DNA of 64,000 nt from Mobula hypostoma (GCF_963921235.1 NC_086107.1:97714001-97778000); one strand, 5' to 3'. Counted from the first letter of the stretch, positions 35,460 through 49,500 are shown. A program made the numbers and translations. Notes: a model not told the origin generated them from the sequence alone.

Positions 35460-36790
35460 ATCAGAAACAACCTGGATCAATTCCAACCGGCCAGAAGAAG
35501 TCAACAGCGGATGCGGTTTCTCTGCCTCTTCACTCTGCTCTGGTCCATCTATACGACAGGCACCTGTACGTCAGGCTGATGTTCATAGACTACAGCTCAG
35601 CATTCAACACAATCATCCCATCCAAACTCATCATCGAGCCTCAGGACCCGGGCCTCTGTACCCCCCTCTGCAACTGGATCCTCAACGGCAGACCTCAATC
35701 AGTGAAGATTGGTAACAGCATCTCCTCTTCGCTGACCACCAACACCAGTGCACCTCAAAGCTGCGGCCTTAGTCCCCCCACTCTACTCTGTATACACACA
35801 TGGCCATGTGGCCAAGCACAGCTCCAATGCTACCTTCAAATTCATCGATGACACCATAGTCGATGGACGAATCACGGGAGGCGATGAGTCAACCTACCGG
35901 AACGCGATAGAACACCTGGTTGAGTGCTAACCTCTCACTCAACATCAGAGTTGATTGTTGACTTTAGGAAGGAGGAGGAGGGCAAACATGCACCATTTTA
36001 CATTTGGGAACGCTGGTGGAGAGAGTCAGCAGCTTCAAATCCCTGTGCAATCTCATTTCGGGTGACCTGTCCTGATGCACAAGGGAAGTGTACCAACTTT
36101 CATAGGAGGTTAAGGAAGTCCAGCTTGTTACTGAACACTAATTTCTACAATGCACTGTCGAAGAAATCCTGACCGGATGCATCATGGTTTGGTACAGCAA
36201 CTCAAATATGCAGGAAGATCAGAGCTGCAGAAAGGAGTGAATTCTGCTCAGTTCATCACAGGGACATCCCTTCCCACCATCGGTAGAACCTACAGGAGGC
36301 ACGGCCTCAAGGAGCAACATCCATCACCAAAGGTCCCCATGCCACCTTCTCAGAACCGCTCTCAGGCAGAAGGTACAGGAGCCTGGGGTCCCACACCACC
36401 AGGTTCAAGAACAGCTACTTCCCTCCAACCATTCGATTCTTCAACCAGCTGCTGAACCCGAATCATCACAGTTCAGCCACTTTTCACTAAAATGGACTTT
36501 GATTCTTTTATTGCTCTAATTATGCTATCTTGTCAAAAACTGTGTAATTTATGTTCAATGTGTGGTGCTCAGTTGAATGCTGCTTATCTGCTGCATGAGA
36601 CTGCGATGCTGCTGCAAGTTAATTTCTCAAAGTTCAAAGTAAATTTACTGTCAAAGTACATATATGCCACCATGTACAACCCGGAGATTCATTTCCTTGC
36701 AGGCACACTCTATTGAGTCGTAATAGAGTTAATGAAAGGCTGCACCAACTTGGGCTTTGCACCTGTGCAGATGACAATAAACTTGACTCT
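35460..36790 (+). mobile_element. Degenerate Rex1/Babar LINE RT fragment
   Basis: STADAVSL..YVRLMFIDYSSAFNTIIPSKL..LCNWIL..APQSCGLSP..KFIDDT, with frameshifts. Confidence 0.85.
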
Positions 36791-36974
36791 GACTTCAACA
36801 TCCTGTCTGACTAATTTGATGAAATTTTTGGAGAAGTAATGAAGTGTGTTGAAGAGGGCGGTGCGGCTGATGTTAATTACGTGGTCTTCAGTCAGGGCTT
36901 TGACAAGGCCTCACTTGGGCGACTGAACCATTTGAGCGCACAGGATCCAAGGCAAACTCAGCACTGGGCAGAGC

Positions 36975-37775
36975 TTGGGATGATGGCAACTCCTCTGCTT
37001 GCATCTTCGGAAACTGCTCTATTTCTATCTTTAATATCTCTTTTTTTTCCATTTCAAGGTTCTTTTGAAGACCCTGACCTGGAGTTACACACTGACTTCT
37101 GTTCTTTGCTGAAATGGGACCCGCCCACAGAGCCTCACGACCGGCTGCTTTTCAATATGCCAAAGGTATTTCGATAGCGCGCCTTCAGGGTGCCGGATTT
37201 CCATGGCCCTGGAGGTGGGCGGATTCGAGGTCGGTGCCATCGCCTAATGTGTCATGAGAGTACATGGAAGATCGAAGGCAGCAAGCTGGCTGCTGGCCGC
37301 GTGCCCAGAGACCCCAGTTCTTTGGGCACAGAGCTTGGAAAAAGTGACACAACAGACTTTTAACACCATAAATTGGCAAGTTGTTTTTGTTATGTCTCCC
37401 CTCTCACTGTGAAACGGGGACACCTCTTTCTCCCTTATTAGGGAGAGAGAGAGAGGGCCTGTGGTATGTTGAATTACCGGGTGAACGAGTAGACTCTGGG
37501 GTACTGCGAGTCTGTGTCTTTATTGATGCTTCGCTGCACGCTTGAGTGCTGAGTGGAGAGGGCAGATGCTTTTTTGCTGGTGAGAGATGGGGGTCATCAT
37601 TTTGCTGCTGCTTATAAGTGGGAGGGGGGAGCTGGGGGGCTTTGGGGGTCTAACATTCAACTGTCATTCATTCTTTGGGGCACCCGTTTTCGTGGACGTT
37701 TGCGAAGAAAAAGAATTGCAGGATGTATATTGTATACATTTCTCTGACATTAAATGTACCCATTGAAACCTATTG
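36975..37775 (+). mobile_element. Non-autonomous LINE-derived repeat (same family as 1-790)
   Basis: Colinear with 1-790. Confidence 0.55.
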
Positions 37776-38675
37776 AAGTAGGTTTGGCAACAGAGAGCAG
37801 AGGGCTGCGCTTGTGATTGGAAGCCTGTGGTTATATGATATGTACGGTCACAGATGGAGTACTCTGTGCAGTTCTGGCCACTATAGGAAGCTCAACAATC
37901 ACGTGGAGAGGGCGCGGAGGTCACCATGAGAACACAATCACTGGTGTTGTTATTGACAGGCAGGTCAATAGTCTTGTAGACCTATAATAGGTTATGGGAA
38001 GATAATGGTCCATTGTTAAGATGGGCAGAGCAAGGCCAGATGGAGTTTAATCCAGATAAGTGCAAGATGATGCGTTTTGGACGACTAATAACAGAACATA
38101 TGCAAGAAGAAATGATTAAAGATTAAAGAGGTTAAAAATTAACTTTATTTGTTGCATGCACGTTAAGACATTGCAACATACAGTGAATCCTTGCTGGATT
38201 ATGCTCAGCAGGGATTATGCCGAGCAGACTGCAAATGTGTCCATGCTTCTGGTGCCAACGGAGGACGCCGACAACTCACTAACTCCAACTGGTACGTTTT
38301 TGGAATGTGGGAGGAAACCAGGGCACACAGAGGAGACCCATGCGTTCACGGGGAGAATGTACAAACTCCTTACAGACAGCAGTGGGTTCTGAATCCCGAT
38401 CTTGCAGCTGGCACGGTAAAACTCTGGGCTAACCGCTACTCTACCATGCATTGTACAGCGGCATACAAGTCCAAGAGTCCTTGAAGATGGTGAAGAAGGT
38501 GGGGAAGATTATTAACTGGGGCAGAGAATAGAAGTATAAAGCTTGGGCCCGCCACAGCTGGAAAATTGGGTGGTCACCACGCTGAGGAATCGACAAGTGT
38601 TCTGGAGAACGTGCAGAGGGTATTCTCTGCTGTGCTCCCAGGATTGGAGTATTTTCCTTATAAGGAAAGAGGGAA

Positions 38676-38970
38676 GTGGGCGTAGCGGTTAGCGTGACGC
38701 GATTACAGCTCGGGGCATTCCGGAGTTCTGAATTCAGTTCCGGCGTCATCGGTAAAGAGTCAGTACCTTCTCCCCGTGAACGTGTGATTTCCTGCAGGAG
38801 CACTGATTTCCTCCCACAAACTCAAAGACATACAAGGTAGTAGGTTAATGGTCATGGTAAATTGTCCTGTGATTAGGCTAGGGTAGAACTGGTCGGGTGT
38901 TGGTCAGTGCAGCTCACTGCCCTGGAAGGGCCTGTTCTACACTGTATCTTGAAATAAAAATATAAATAAG
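38676..38970 (+). mobile_element. V-SINE-like element
   Basis: GGCGTAGCGGTTAGCG head, V-domain remnant, A-rich tail. Confidence 0.7.
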
Positions 38971-39249
38971 TCAGCCATGATCTCACTGGGCATTGAAAAT
39001 AGCTGCTCCTGCTCTAACACCTCACAGCTCCGTTTCCTTATCTCTTCCTCCCGTATTCAGCCTGTTGCTGCTGCCGTGGTTTCCTCTGGGCTGGAGCACA
39101 GGATGTATCTGCGAGACTGTTGGAGAAACTTGCCGGGATGCAGCCCACCGCAGGCCAGGCGGCAAAGCGCAACCAGACAAAGCAAGCTGGGTGCTGAATG
39201 GAGCAGGGGAGAGGGGTGAATTATACAAGTTGATTTATCTGCTGCGGTA

Positions 39250-39635
39250 TACAGACACACACTCATAGAGACACACACACACACACACTCACACACTGAC
39301 AGATACACATATTCATAAAGACACACACACACTCACACACTAACAGATACACATATTCATAGAGACACACACACACACACTCACACACTGACAGACACAC
39401 ATATTCATAAAGACACACACACACTCACACACTGACAGACACTCACATTCATAGACACACACACACACTCACACCCTCGCTCATACACACTCTGACACAC
39501 TCATGCCCACACAACTATATATATACACACTCACACATACAGTACAAACACACATACATACAAATACATGCACACAGACACACACTCACACATACAGAGA
39601 AACATTCTCACACACACACACACACACACACACAC
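39250..39635. repeat. CA-rich compound microsatellite
   Basis: Direct inspection. Confidence 0.9.
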
Positions 39636-40398
39636 GCCTCAGATCCTGCCGCTGTCTCAACTGACGGGAAGTGCTCAGGGTCAAGTTGAATAGTGCTCTC
39701 CCCAGTGGTGGACTAAGAGACTGAAGTCTGATGGAATCAGATTCACAGTCATCGCTGGCCAGAAGTAAAATGGCCCTTTGTGTTGAGGTGAAATATGCGA
39801 GAGAACCGGCTAAGTGTGCTGATTCAGGTCAGAGTGGTGTCTTCCTGCCCGGAGTCGAATGGGAGACCCCAGTATGAAGGCAGGTCTATCAGCAGCCGCC
39901 ATCGGCAGCCATAGTGATGACCTTTGAACCCTGCATTGGCAGCAAGGCAACGATCAAAGAATTGTTTGATGCTGAGGACTACATTGAGAGCCCTGACCCT
40001 AAGCGACCCCCCCCCACACTCCCCCTACGTCCCTGCCGTCACTTCCCCTCCTTATGGGGGCTGTCAGTATTCAGAACTATCCCTCATTTGTTCACCTTTC
40101 ACCTGTAGATTTGATTGTTCTAACTCTTCAAGGAGGCAGAGACTGCGAGTGAGGGCCTAAATGAATACTTCATCATCTGTAGTCTCGAGGGAACGGAGAG
40201 TTCAACAGATCAGAACAATGGGCAGAGGGTCGGCAGATGAAATACAGTGTATGCCTGTGCACATCCAAGTGGGACAAATTCAGAAACCGGAGGGGCAAAG
40301 CGACTTGGGAGACCTTGTGCAGGATTCCTTAAAGGTTGAGTCAGTGGTAAGGAAGTCAAATGCAAAGTTTGCATTCATTTCAAGAGGACTGGAATATA

Positions 40399-40886
40399 TA
40401 GCACTGTGCAAAAGTCTTTGGCACATATGTATAGCTAGGGTACCTCAGACTTTTCCACAGTACTGTAATAATTTTATGTACTGCACAGTCCTACTGCTGC
40501 AAAAACAAAATTATGACATACGTGAGTGATGATAAAGCTGATTCTGTTATGAGTCTATTGTAGACTGAAACTGGGAAGAGGGAAGGGAGAGGGAAAAGGG
40601 GAAGGGAGCAGGAAGCACCAGAGAGACATTCTGTAATGATCAATAAACCAGTTGTTCGGAATCAAATGACCTTGCCTGGTGTCTCAGGGCTGGGGGTGTC
40701 TGCACCAACACCACACAGCTCCCAACCCCGGCACTCCTTCTCTGCCACCTGTCCCACACCCCTCCCTCAGCGCTCCACTCCTGCCATTCCCAACAACCTT
40801 TGCTCCCACCAGACTGACAACCTCGCTCTCCACTCCGCAGTAACAAACACAATACCGTGTAAAAGTCTTAGGCACCCCAGCTATAC
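40399..40886 (+). mobile_element. Composite Tc1-like non-autonomous element, copy 2
   Basis: TIR hairpin at 40399-40465, cargo, second TIR at ~40850-40886. Confidence 0.7.
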
Positions 40887-42289
40887 ACTGTACACGTGAC
40901 TCCTTGAAGAAGGGTCTCGGCCCGAAACATCAACTGTTGATTCATTTCCACAGACACTGCCAGACCTGCTGAGTTCCGCCAGCACTTTGTGCGTGTTGCA
41001 TTGGATTTCCAGCTTCTGCAAACCTTCTTGTGCTTCTCAGTATTGAAAGGCCGAGATAGAGTGAATGTGGAGAGAATGTTTTCTCTTGTCGGAGAGTCTA
41101 GGACCAGTGGGCACAGCCTTAGAATACAAGGATGTCCCTTTTTAGAGCAGAGATGAGGAGGAATTTCTTTAGCCAGAAGGTGGTGGATCACTGCCATGGA
41201 CAGCTGTGGAGGCCAAGTCAATGTGTATATTTAAAACAGAGGCTGATAGGTTCTTGATTAATAAATACATTAGAGGTTATGGGGAGAGGATGGGAGAATG
41301 GGGTTGAGAGAGAAAATAAATCAGCCATGATGGAATTGCAGAGCAGACTCAATGGGGTGGAATGGGTTAATTCTGCTCCTTGGTCTTATTAGCTACAGAC
41401 TTCAGGGAGGGACAGTAATATTCTGGAGCAGGTTAATATAAAAATTAAGATGTTTTTTCAACTTTGCTTGTTACAGGTGAGGGACAAGATGACTGGCGGA
41501 CAGCAAATGTAGCAACTTTATTTAAAACGGAGAATTACAGGCCCCCAAGTCTAATGTTAAATGGGATAATGGTAAGGGTGTCAAAGGTTACAGGGAGAAT
41601 GGGATTGAGAGGGATAGTCAGCTATGACGGAATGACAGAGCAGACTCGATGGGCCAAATAGCCTAATTCTACTCCTATGCCTTATGATCTAGGGCAAGCT
41701 GAAACTACCAAATGAAACTCGGCTTGGTAGTAGGAGACAGAGTGGTGGTGGATGGCTGCTTTTGTGGTTGTTGGTGCTCAGTGATGTAACAGAGGGAGTT
41801 TGATCATTAGTGGAATGGTTATACCATTAAACAATCAGGAAAGAATGATGCGATAGGCCAGCCTGCAGATACATGCAAATCGGTGGTGGTGTTGACAGCG
41901 AGCAAGGTAGTCTTGGGTTACAGAAGGATATCAATCAGCTGGTAAATTGGCCAGAACAACTACAGCTGGAATTTTAAACTCGCTAAGTGCAAGGTAAAGC
42001 ATTTTAGAAGATCTAATGATGGTAGGACAAACACAATAAATCAGGGAACCCCAAGGAGTTTGACAGAATGGAAGGATCGCAGTGTGATCACTAAAAGTAT
42101 CAGTGTAGGTAAATAAGACATTTAAAAGGGGGAGTTGGCTTTTATTAGCTCTGATATAGAATATAGATGTCATGATATGACTTTATAAATCTTTGGTTAG
42201 GCCAGCGCAGAAGCACTATGTGGACTGGATGTGTGTATTGGAGAGGGTATGAATGGCATTTACCAGAATGTTGCCTCGAACAGAACATT

Positions 42290-43300
42290 TCGAGGAAATA
42301 AAGGGAGCCTTTTCTGGTTGGCTGCCAGTGACTAATGGTCCACATTGGTCTGTGTTGGGACTGATTCTTTTTGCATTATATGTCAAGGATTTGGATGATT
42401 GAATTGATGGCTTTGTTTCAAAGTTTGCAGATGATATGAGGATAGGTGGAGGGGCAGGTAGTTTTGAGGAAGTAAAGGGGCTACAGAAGGACTTAGACAG
42501 ATTAGGAGAATGGACAAAGAAGTGGCAGATGGAATACAGCGTTGGGCAGTGTATAGTCATGCACTTTGGTAGAAGAAATGAAAGGGTAGACTGTTTTCCA
42601 AATGGAGAGAAAATACAAAAAAAATGAGATGCAAAGGAAGTCCTTGTGTAGGATTCCCTAAAGGTTAATTTGCAGGGTCTGTCTGTGGAGAAGGAAGGCA
42701 AATGCAATGTTAGCATTCATTTCAAAAGGACTAGAATATAAAGGGAAGGATGTAATGTTCAGACTTTATAAAGCACTGGTGAGGCCTCACTTGGAGTATT
42801 GTGAGCAGGTTTGAGCCCCTTATCCTAGAAAGGGAATTCTGAAACTGCAGAGGGTTCAAAGGAGGTTCACAAAAATGATTCCAGGACTGAATGACGTCAT
42901 ATGAAGAATGTTCGATGGCTATGAGCCAGTATTCACTAGAATTCAGAAGAATGAGGGGTGACCTCATTGAAACCTATCGAAAGGTGAAAGGCCTCGATAG
43001 AGTAGATGTGGAGAGGGTATTTCCTAAGACCAGAGGACACAGCTTTAGAATAGAAGAGTGATCTTTTAGAACGGAGATGAGGAGGAATTTCTTTAGCCAG
43101 AGAATGGTGAATCTGTGGAATTCGTTGCCACAGGCAGCTGTGGAGGCCAAATCTTTATGTATATTTAAGGCAAAGTTTAATAGATTCTTGATTGGTCAGC
43201 GCATGAAGGGATACGAGGAGAAGGCGGGGGATTGGGGCTGAGAGGAAAATTGGACCAGCCATGATGAGCCAAATGGGCGAATTCTGCTCCAATATCTTAT
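42290..43300 (+). mobile_element. 5'-truncated CR1 LINE (RT C-terminus and 3' end)
   Basis: KFADD, LQKDLDRLGEWTKKWQMEY, MHFGRRN, ALVRPHLEYC, with frameshifts. Confidence 0.85.
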
Positions 43301-44041
43301 AGTCTTATTGTTTCAGTTGCAAGGAAAGACCAGAGAGTCTGGGGTTGTTTTCCTTGGGGTTGATGAGGCTGAGAGGGTACAAAGTTATGACAGGCATAAA
43401 TAACAAGAACAATGTTGCACATGGAGACGTCTGAGATCAGAGGACATAGATTTAAGGTGAGGATGCGAGAAGATTGGAAGGAAGTTTTTGCACCCAGAGA
43501 GTGGTTGCAATCTAAAAGGCTCTGGCTGCATAGGAGGTGGAGGCAGGTACCCACACAATATCTGAAAGTCATCTTACCCAGTACATGAATTGCCAGCGTG
43601 TACAAGGTTACAGACCAAGTGCTGGTAAGTAGGATCACGGTAGATGGATACATGATGGATATGGTGGGTCAAAGTGTCAGTGTCTTTGCCATGCCACTCT
43701 GTGACTCCACAATCTACGTAATTTTCCCATAAGGGAAAATCAGGAGGATATTGATGTTACAGCCAAGAAAGCCCACCAGCAGCTCTTCTTCCTAAAAGCT
43801 TGGCATGTCCCCGCTGACCCGTACTAATTTTTATTGATGCGTGATAGAAAACATTGTCACTGCTAATAAATGGACCCAGAACACACACACACATACGACT
43901 CAATTCTACTTTATTCCACTTGTGCACAAGGAGGACAGCATGGCCCCTGTCACGGTTCTGCAACCAGGACAGAAAAGTGCTATTTTTATACAGAATTGGC
44001 TTAGCAGTTACAGATATTGATCACTTAGTAATGCATGAATA

Positions 44042-44113
44042 TGTAACACCCTGGGAAAGGTTTTGCTACTAACATAATAACGTTAGCAGTGAAACATTTC
44101 CTGCAGTGTTACA
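44042..44113. mobile_element. 72-bp palindromic MITE-like hairpin
   Basis: TGTAACAC...GTGTTACA with imperfect 32-bp arms and TA on both sides. Confidence 0.55.
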
Positions 44114-44806
44114 TATGTTTGAATTCCTTATTTGTGAGATCAATTGCCATTCACAATCGAGGTGTTAAAAGTCAATAGAAATGACAAGCTGGCAAGTGAT
44201 GATACTTTGCAGTTAGTAAAGCAATTGTATTTCACGTCCTTCCATTATTCCCAACTCGTTTGTCTCCAGCATCCCCTACGGTGTAAAGGAAAGCTATGTT
44301 CTTCAAAGACCTTTCTTGGCTAGACTGTCTGGACTCTAGATTCAATCTATCCTTTGCCTGGACATTATGTTAACCCTTGCATTTCCACAACTTCCCTGCA
44401 TCCCACCTGGATGCATTATGGCTTGGTACCGCAACTGCTGTGCGAGTTGTGGACACGGCTCAGCACGTCACACGAGACCAGCCTCTCCTCCACAGACTCC
44501 ACTTACACTTCTCATGGCCTCAGGAAAGCAGTCAGTATAATCAAAGACCCGACTCGCCCCTTTCCCATCAGGCAGAAGATACAAAAGCCTGAAAGCATGT
44601 ACCACCAGGCACAAGATTGTTTAAATCTTGCTGTTATAAGACTATTGAATGGTTCCCTGGTACAATAAGATGGACTCTTGACCTAATCATCTACCTCACT
44701 ATGATCTTGCACTTTATTGTTGACCTGGACCACAGATTCTCTGTGGCTTTAATACTTTATTCTGCATTGTTTTTGGTTTACTTCTAGATCAACACATTAT
44801 GTTTGG

Positions 44807-45405
44807 TTCCTTAAGGTTGTTATAGCTGGGGGTGGTAATGGGGACAAGCTCCCACTACCCATTAAATGCTCCCAATGGTGTGCGCCTCAAATAGCCTCCA
44901 ACAACCAAGTCCAGCTCCCGGCCTTCACGTGTGGCTTAGCTTCTAAGCCCGGTGGGACCGTTTCTACTGACAGGAGGAGGGACAAGGGCAGGTTACAGGC
45001 ACCTTAAAACCAGTCACTTCGGGTAGACGGGGCTCGTCAGCCGTGGTCAGCAGCTCATCTAAGAGAAGGAAAACTCTGATCTCAAACCTCTGCTGCCTCG
45101 CGGCCAGACCCACTCATGGCGAAGGCTTTGGGAGTAAACCCCGAGGGAAAGATCCGGAGCTGGAGTCCCTAAGGCAATCCTACATTGAGTTCAATGCTGG
45201 CTGGCAACTCCTGCGATGCTGCCTGTATCAAACTGTATTGGTCACTGCTGTTCCTTTGGGTTCATCAGTTGCGTGGAGAGGGAGAGGTTGCTACATGGGC
45301 AACAGCTTGCTCTCCATATGGTACTGCCCCGGCTTGCGTATCTAGACAGCTAGGACACAACATCCATGGTTGACCCTGACCAATGGAGGCCTCAGACTTC
45401 AGACA
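44807..45405 (+). mobile_element. RTE-related short non-autonomous retroelement, family A copy 2
   Basis: Colinear with 3437-4045. Confidence 0.65.
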
Positions 45406-45872
45406 GACACTGTGTAATGATTTGATCTGATCTGTATGAACAGTATGCAGGACAAGGTTTTCACTGTAACTCAGTACATGTGACAATAATAAACCAATTC
45501 TAATACAGTACAATACAATGAAGCCTGCACACTGGATGACGGAAAGCACAGAACATACAAACCTGGTGAAGTTATACATTAAAGTAATTCAAAGGAAGAC
45601 ACGGGAGTCCGAACTGTGAGTCTAACTTCATGTTCACTTTAAGCGAAGCGCACATGTATTACAAAACGTGAATCCATCAACTGGTGAACGGTATACACTG
45701 GACCACCTGCCACCATCCTTGCTTCCAGATATGGCGGGTCAGGAGGGTTGAGTGGTCCATGGACAATGGGCTTGATGCAGAACATGTGGAAGGTCAGTAG
45801 GTTTGATCCTGAGGGACAACGGCAGCTGGAGACGGTAAGTGGCTGGGCTGATGCGATGGGTATTCTTAATTT

Positions 45873-46559
45873 GGGGGAGCAGGAGAAGATGGCGGTGTGA
45901 CACAGCTCACAGTGGCCACTCTGGTGGTGATGTCTGTTATTTGTCAAGGAGGGGACCGTGCACAATTCTGATTCGATGGAGACAGACATGAGAGTGCGGA
46001 GGAACAACTGGAGAAACTTCTGAAATGCCCACTTCGCTGCCGCTGCTACTGTGTGGTCCGGAATCTCCGGAGGAGAAGGCCCCAAATTTCAGCAGCCGGG
46101 GCGAGGTCGAAGGCGCTCAGCAGAGGATGGCGCTCGGAAGGCTGTATCGGAAGGGCTGGATGAAGGCTCAAAGTTTTCAGACGGACGGACTCAGTGTCGG
46201 CTGTGGTCGGGTGCTTCCAATGCATCGGCAGTTGTCGGTGCCTGGAGGTTTATGGCAGGGAGTTTCTCCCTTTGCCGCCTGCTATCGGGGACTCGGGAGT
46301 CGATTGGGACTTTGAGACTTTTTTTTTACCATGCCCATGGTCCGCTCTTTATCAAATTATGGTATTGCTTTGCACTGCTGTAACTATATGTTATGATTAG
46401 TCAGTGTTAGTCAGTGTTAGTGTTAGTCTTTGGTTTGTCCTGCTTTTCTGTGATATCACTCTGGAGGAACATTGTATCATTTCTTAATGCGTGCATGCAT
46501 TTCTAAATGACAATAAACAAGGACTGAGTGTTCTCATAGTCTAATCTAATCTAATCTAA
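45873..46559 (+). mobile_element. Non-autonomous LINE-derived element with (CTAAT)n tail, copy 2, inserted in the Gypsy integrase region
   Basis: Colinear with 18116-18803. Confidence 0.7.
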
Positions 46560-49500
46560 AGAGACTGCTGAACCAGGGTGAGAGCTTGTGGGAGTCAGTG
46601 CGCAGGGGCAGAGTTCGAGTGGACAGCCAGGCACTGTTCTCAGGCTGGATAGCCTGGTGCCAGTAAGTGTGGTTGGCAGCTAGGATGGCCATCTGTGCCC
46701 TCTTCCAAGCATTCTGGCCTCAGTGAATCCGGGTCCTGGCGGGTAGGACCTCCACCATTGGCTCCTGTGTGGGGAACAACGGGGACTGGTAGCTATGAAG
46801 CACTTCAAAGGGTGATAGAGGTTGGCAGAGGAGGTGTGTAGATTGTGGGGCAGCTCTGTCAGGAGCTGATGCTTCTTCCATTTGGAAGGGTTAGAGGCAG
46901 CAAAGCATTGCAGGAGCTTCTCCACTCTCTGACTCGCTCTTTCTAAATGTCCATTGGTCTGCAGATGATATCCAGAGGACAAACTCACTGAGATTCAGAG
47001 GATGGAGCAGAAGGCTCACCAGAAGCAGGAGATGAATTGTGGACACTGGTCTGGCATAATGTCCTGAGGGAAATCGTGAAGCCAAACTATATATTGGAGG
47101 ACCAGATCTGCTGTTTCAACAGCTGACAGGCTCGGGGAGGGCAATGAAGTGGGCCGTCTTGGAGAACAGGTCCTCCGCTGTGATGATCACCAGGGGCCCA
47201 TCGGAAGCTGGCAAGCCCCTAGGGAAATCCATGGCAATGTGGAACCATGGTCGTCAAGGGAACAGTAAGGGCCAGAGGGCCACTGGTTGGAGGTATTGGA
47301 CTGGGCACATCGAGGGTAGGCAGCAATGAATTGATGTACTTCATCGATCATGATGGGCCACCTGACTCAGTGTAGCAGGTAATCCAGGGTCCATTGTGCA
47401 CCTAGATGGGTCAGAAAAGAGCGAGGAGTGGGCCAACTGGAGTGCTTCAGAGGCACGGCCGCCGGCACATACAAGGCAGTTGTATGATGTGTCGGCCGGA
47501 GCAGGCTCGTGCTGTAGGGCCTAACAGGTCTGGTTCAAGGTCCCAGATGATCGGGGCAAGGATCTGGGAGGATGGAAAGATGGGCTGAGGGTCAAATTCT
47601 GTTTCAGCTGGGTTGAACTGTTGTGACAGGGAGTCCACCCTAGCGTTCTTGAAGCCGGATCGGTAGGAGATGGTGAAATTGAACTGTTCGAAGAAGAGGG
47701 CCCCGCAAACTTGACTTGGGTTGAGTTGGTGGATATGAGGTTCTAGTGGTCAGTCTGGATTAGAAAGGACTCGGTGTTTCCCATCAGCCAGTGTCTCTAT
47801 CCCTCCAAGGCCCATTAATGGCGAGTAGCTTCCTGTCTTCTACTTCATAACGGTGCTGTATAGAGTTGAACTTGCACAAGAGGTAGTAACTGGCATTTTT
47901 CTAACTTGCAGCTGATTTTCGAGGAGATGGTAAAGGACTGAATGGACCTGGGGGTCCATGATGAAGATGAGGATGTCACTGAGACAGATGAATACCTACT
48001 TGCCTAGCATATCTCGGAGGATCTCATCGATGAAGGCTTGGAAAAGGGCTGGACTGTTTGAAAGTCCAAAAAGCATCAACAGGTATTCGTAGTGGCCAGT
48101 GGGTGTGATGAACATTGCCCTCCACTCATCCTCCAGCATATGCACATCAGGTTGCACCTGCTCTGTAGATCCAGTTTGGTGAAGATCTGGAGTGCTTTCA
48201 ACAAGTCACCCATCAAGATGAGAGGATAGTGATTCTTAATGGTGATCACACTGAGTCCATGGTAATCGATGCAAGGACCAAGACTTCCATCTTTCTTTTT
48301 GATGAAGACTGGGATAATCCAATGAAGCCGTACCGTAGTCATTCGTGGCTTGGGAGATGGAGAACAGACGACCTTGGGGAAGGGTGATGCCCGGAGGCAG
48401 TCGATCGTGTATTGATGCACTCTGTGAGGTGGGAGGGTGCTGGCTTCCCTTTCACTGAAGGCGACGACTATGTCATGTGGGAGTTTGGCGAGGGTGCGGG
48501 TTTCCTCCATTTCCATGGAGTTACCGGGTGAAGTTGACTGAGGTTGCAGGCAGGCAGTCCAGTAGGTGCGTCCCCAACTCAGCAGTGAACCAGAAGTGAG
48601 GGTCAGCAATGGAGAACCGGGGTAACCCAGGAGAGGAGAGTTGGGCAAGTCGATCAGGGGGAATTGGATGGCTTGCGGTGCTCCCCCAATTGTCGTGTGC
48701 GAGCTCGGACCATCCCAGACCCCACCCATTAATGGCCATGATGCAGAAGGAGTGTGACATCGGCCTCATAGGGAGTCCAAGCCGCGCACACTCACACAAA
48801 CACAGAGCCCGATTCAGAAAGGAATCCTCCAGAGCCTCCTGTGTGCGTAGAGCAGTCGTGGTGGGGGGGGGGGGGGGCGGCAAAAGACGACAAGGAGAGT
48901 GAGTCAGGCTGTGGTGCTGGAACGAGGGACCTGGGGTGCCTACCAGATAGAAAGCCCCTCGTCTCTACCTGACGGTGCTGTTTTCCTAGATGCAGTGGGC
49001 AGTTGATGGGGAGGGTGATCGGCAGCTCCACAGTAAGCACACGTTGTTTCTCCACTCTCCGACCCCCGTGCTCTTGAGTGGGGGGGGGGTGTTCAGGTGT
49101 CCCTAACTCCCTGGGCTCTGGAGGTGTTTGTAATGAGGGTCCTGCAGCCTGAAATGGTTCTGGGAACAGAACTGGGGTTCTGGCTGGAGGGTCATTCTAT
49201 AAAACACTTGTCAATTCGGAGGGTCAGAGTGATGAGGCTTTTGAGGTCGTTGGGCATCCCCAGGTAGACGGCTCATCTTCTCAAAAACTCTGAGAGGCTG
49301 CGATGGTAACGGTCCACATTCCAGCCATACTCTGCCTTGAGGATCCTGAATTCCCCTGTGTAATCCTGGACCGACTATGAACCTGCAGGCAGGCGAAGTA
49401 TCCAATCTACTGCCTCCCATCCACCTCCCGGATGGTTGAAAACCTGGCGCATCTCAGCAGTAAAATCTTCATACTTATTGCAAATGGTGGTTTTATTGGC

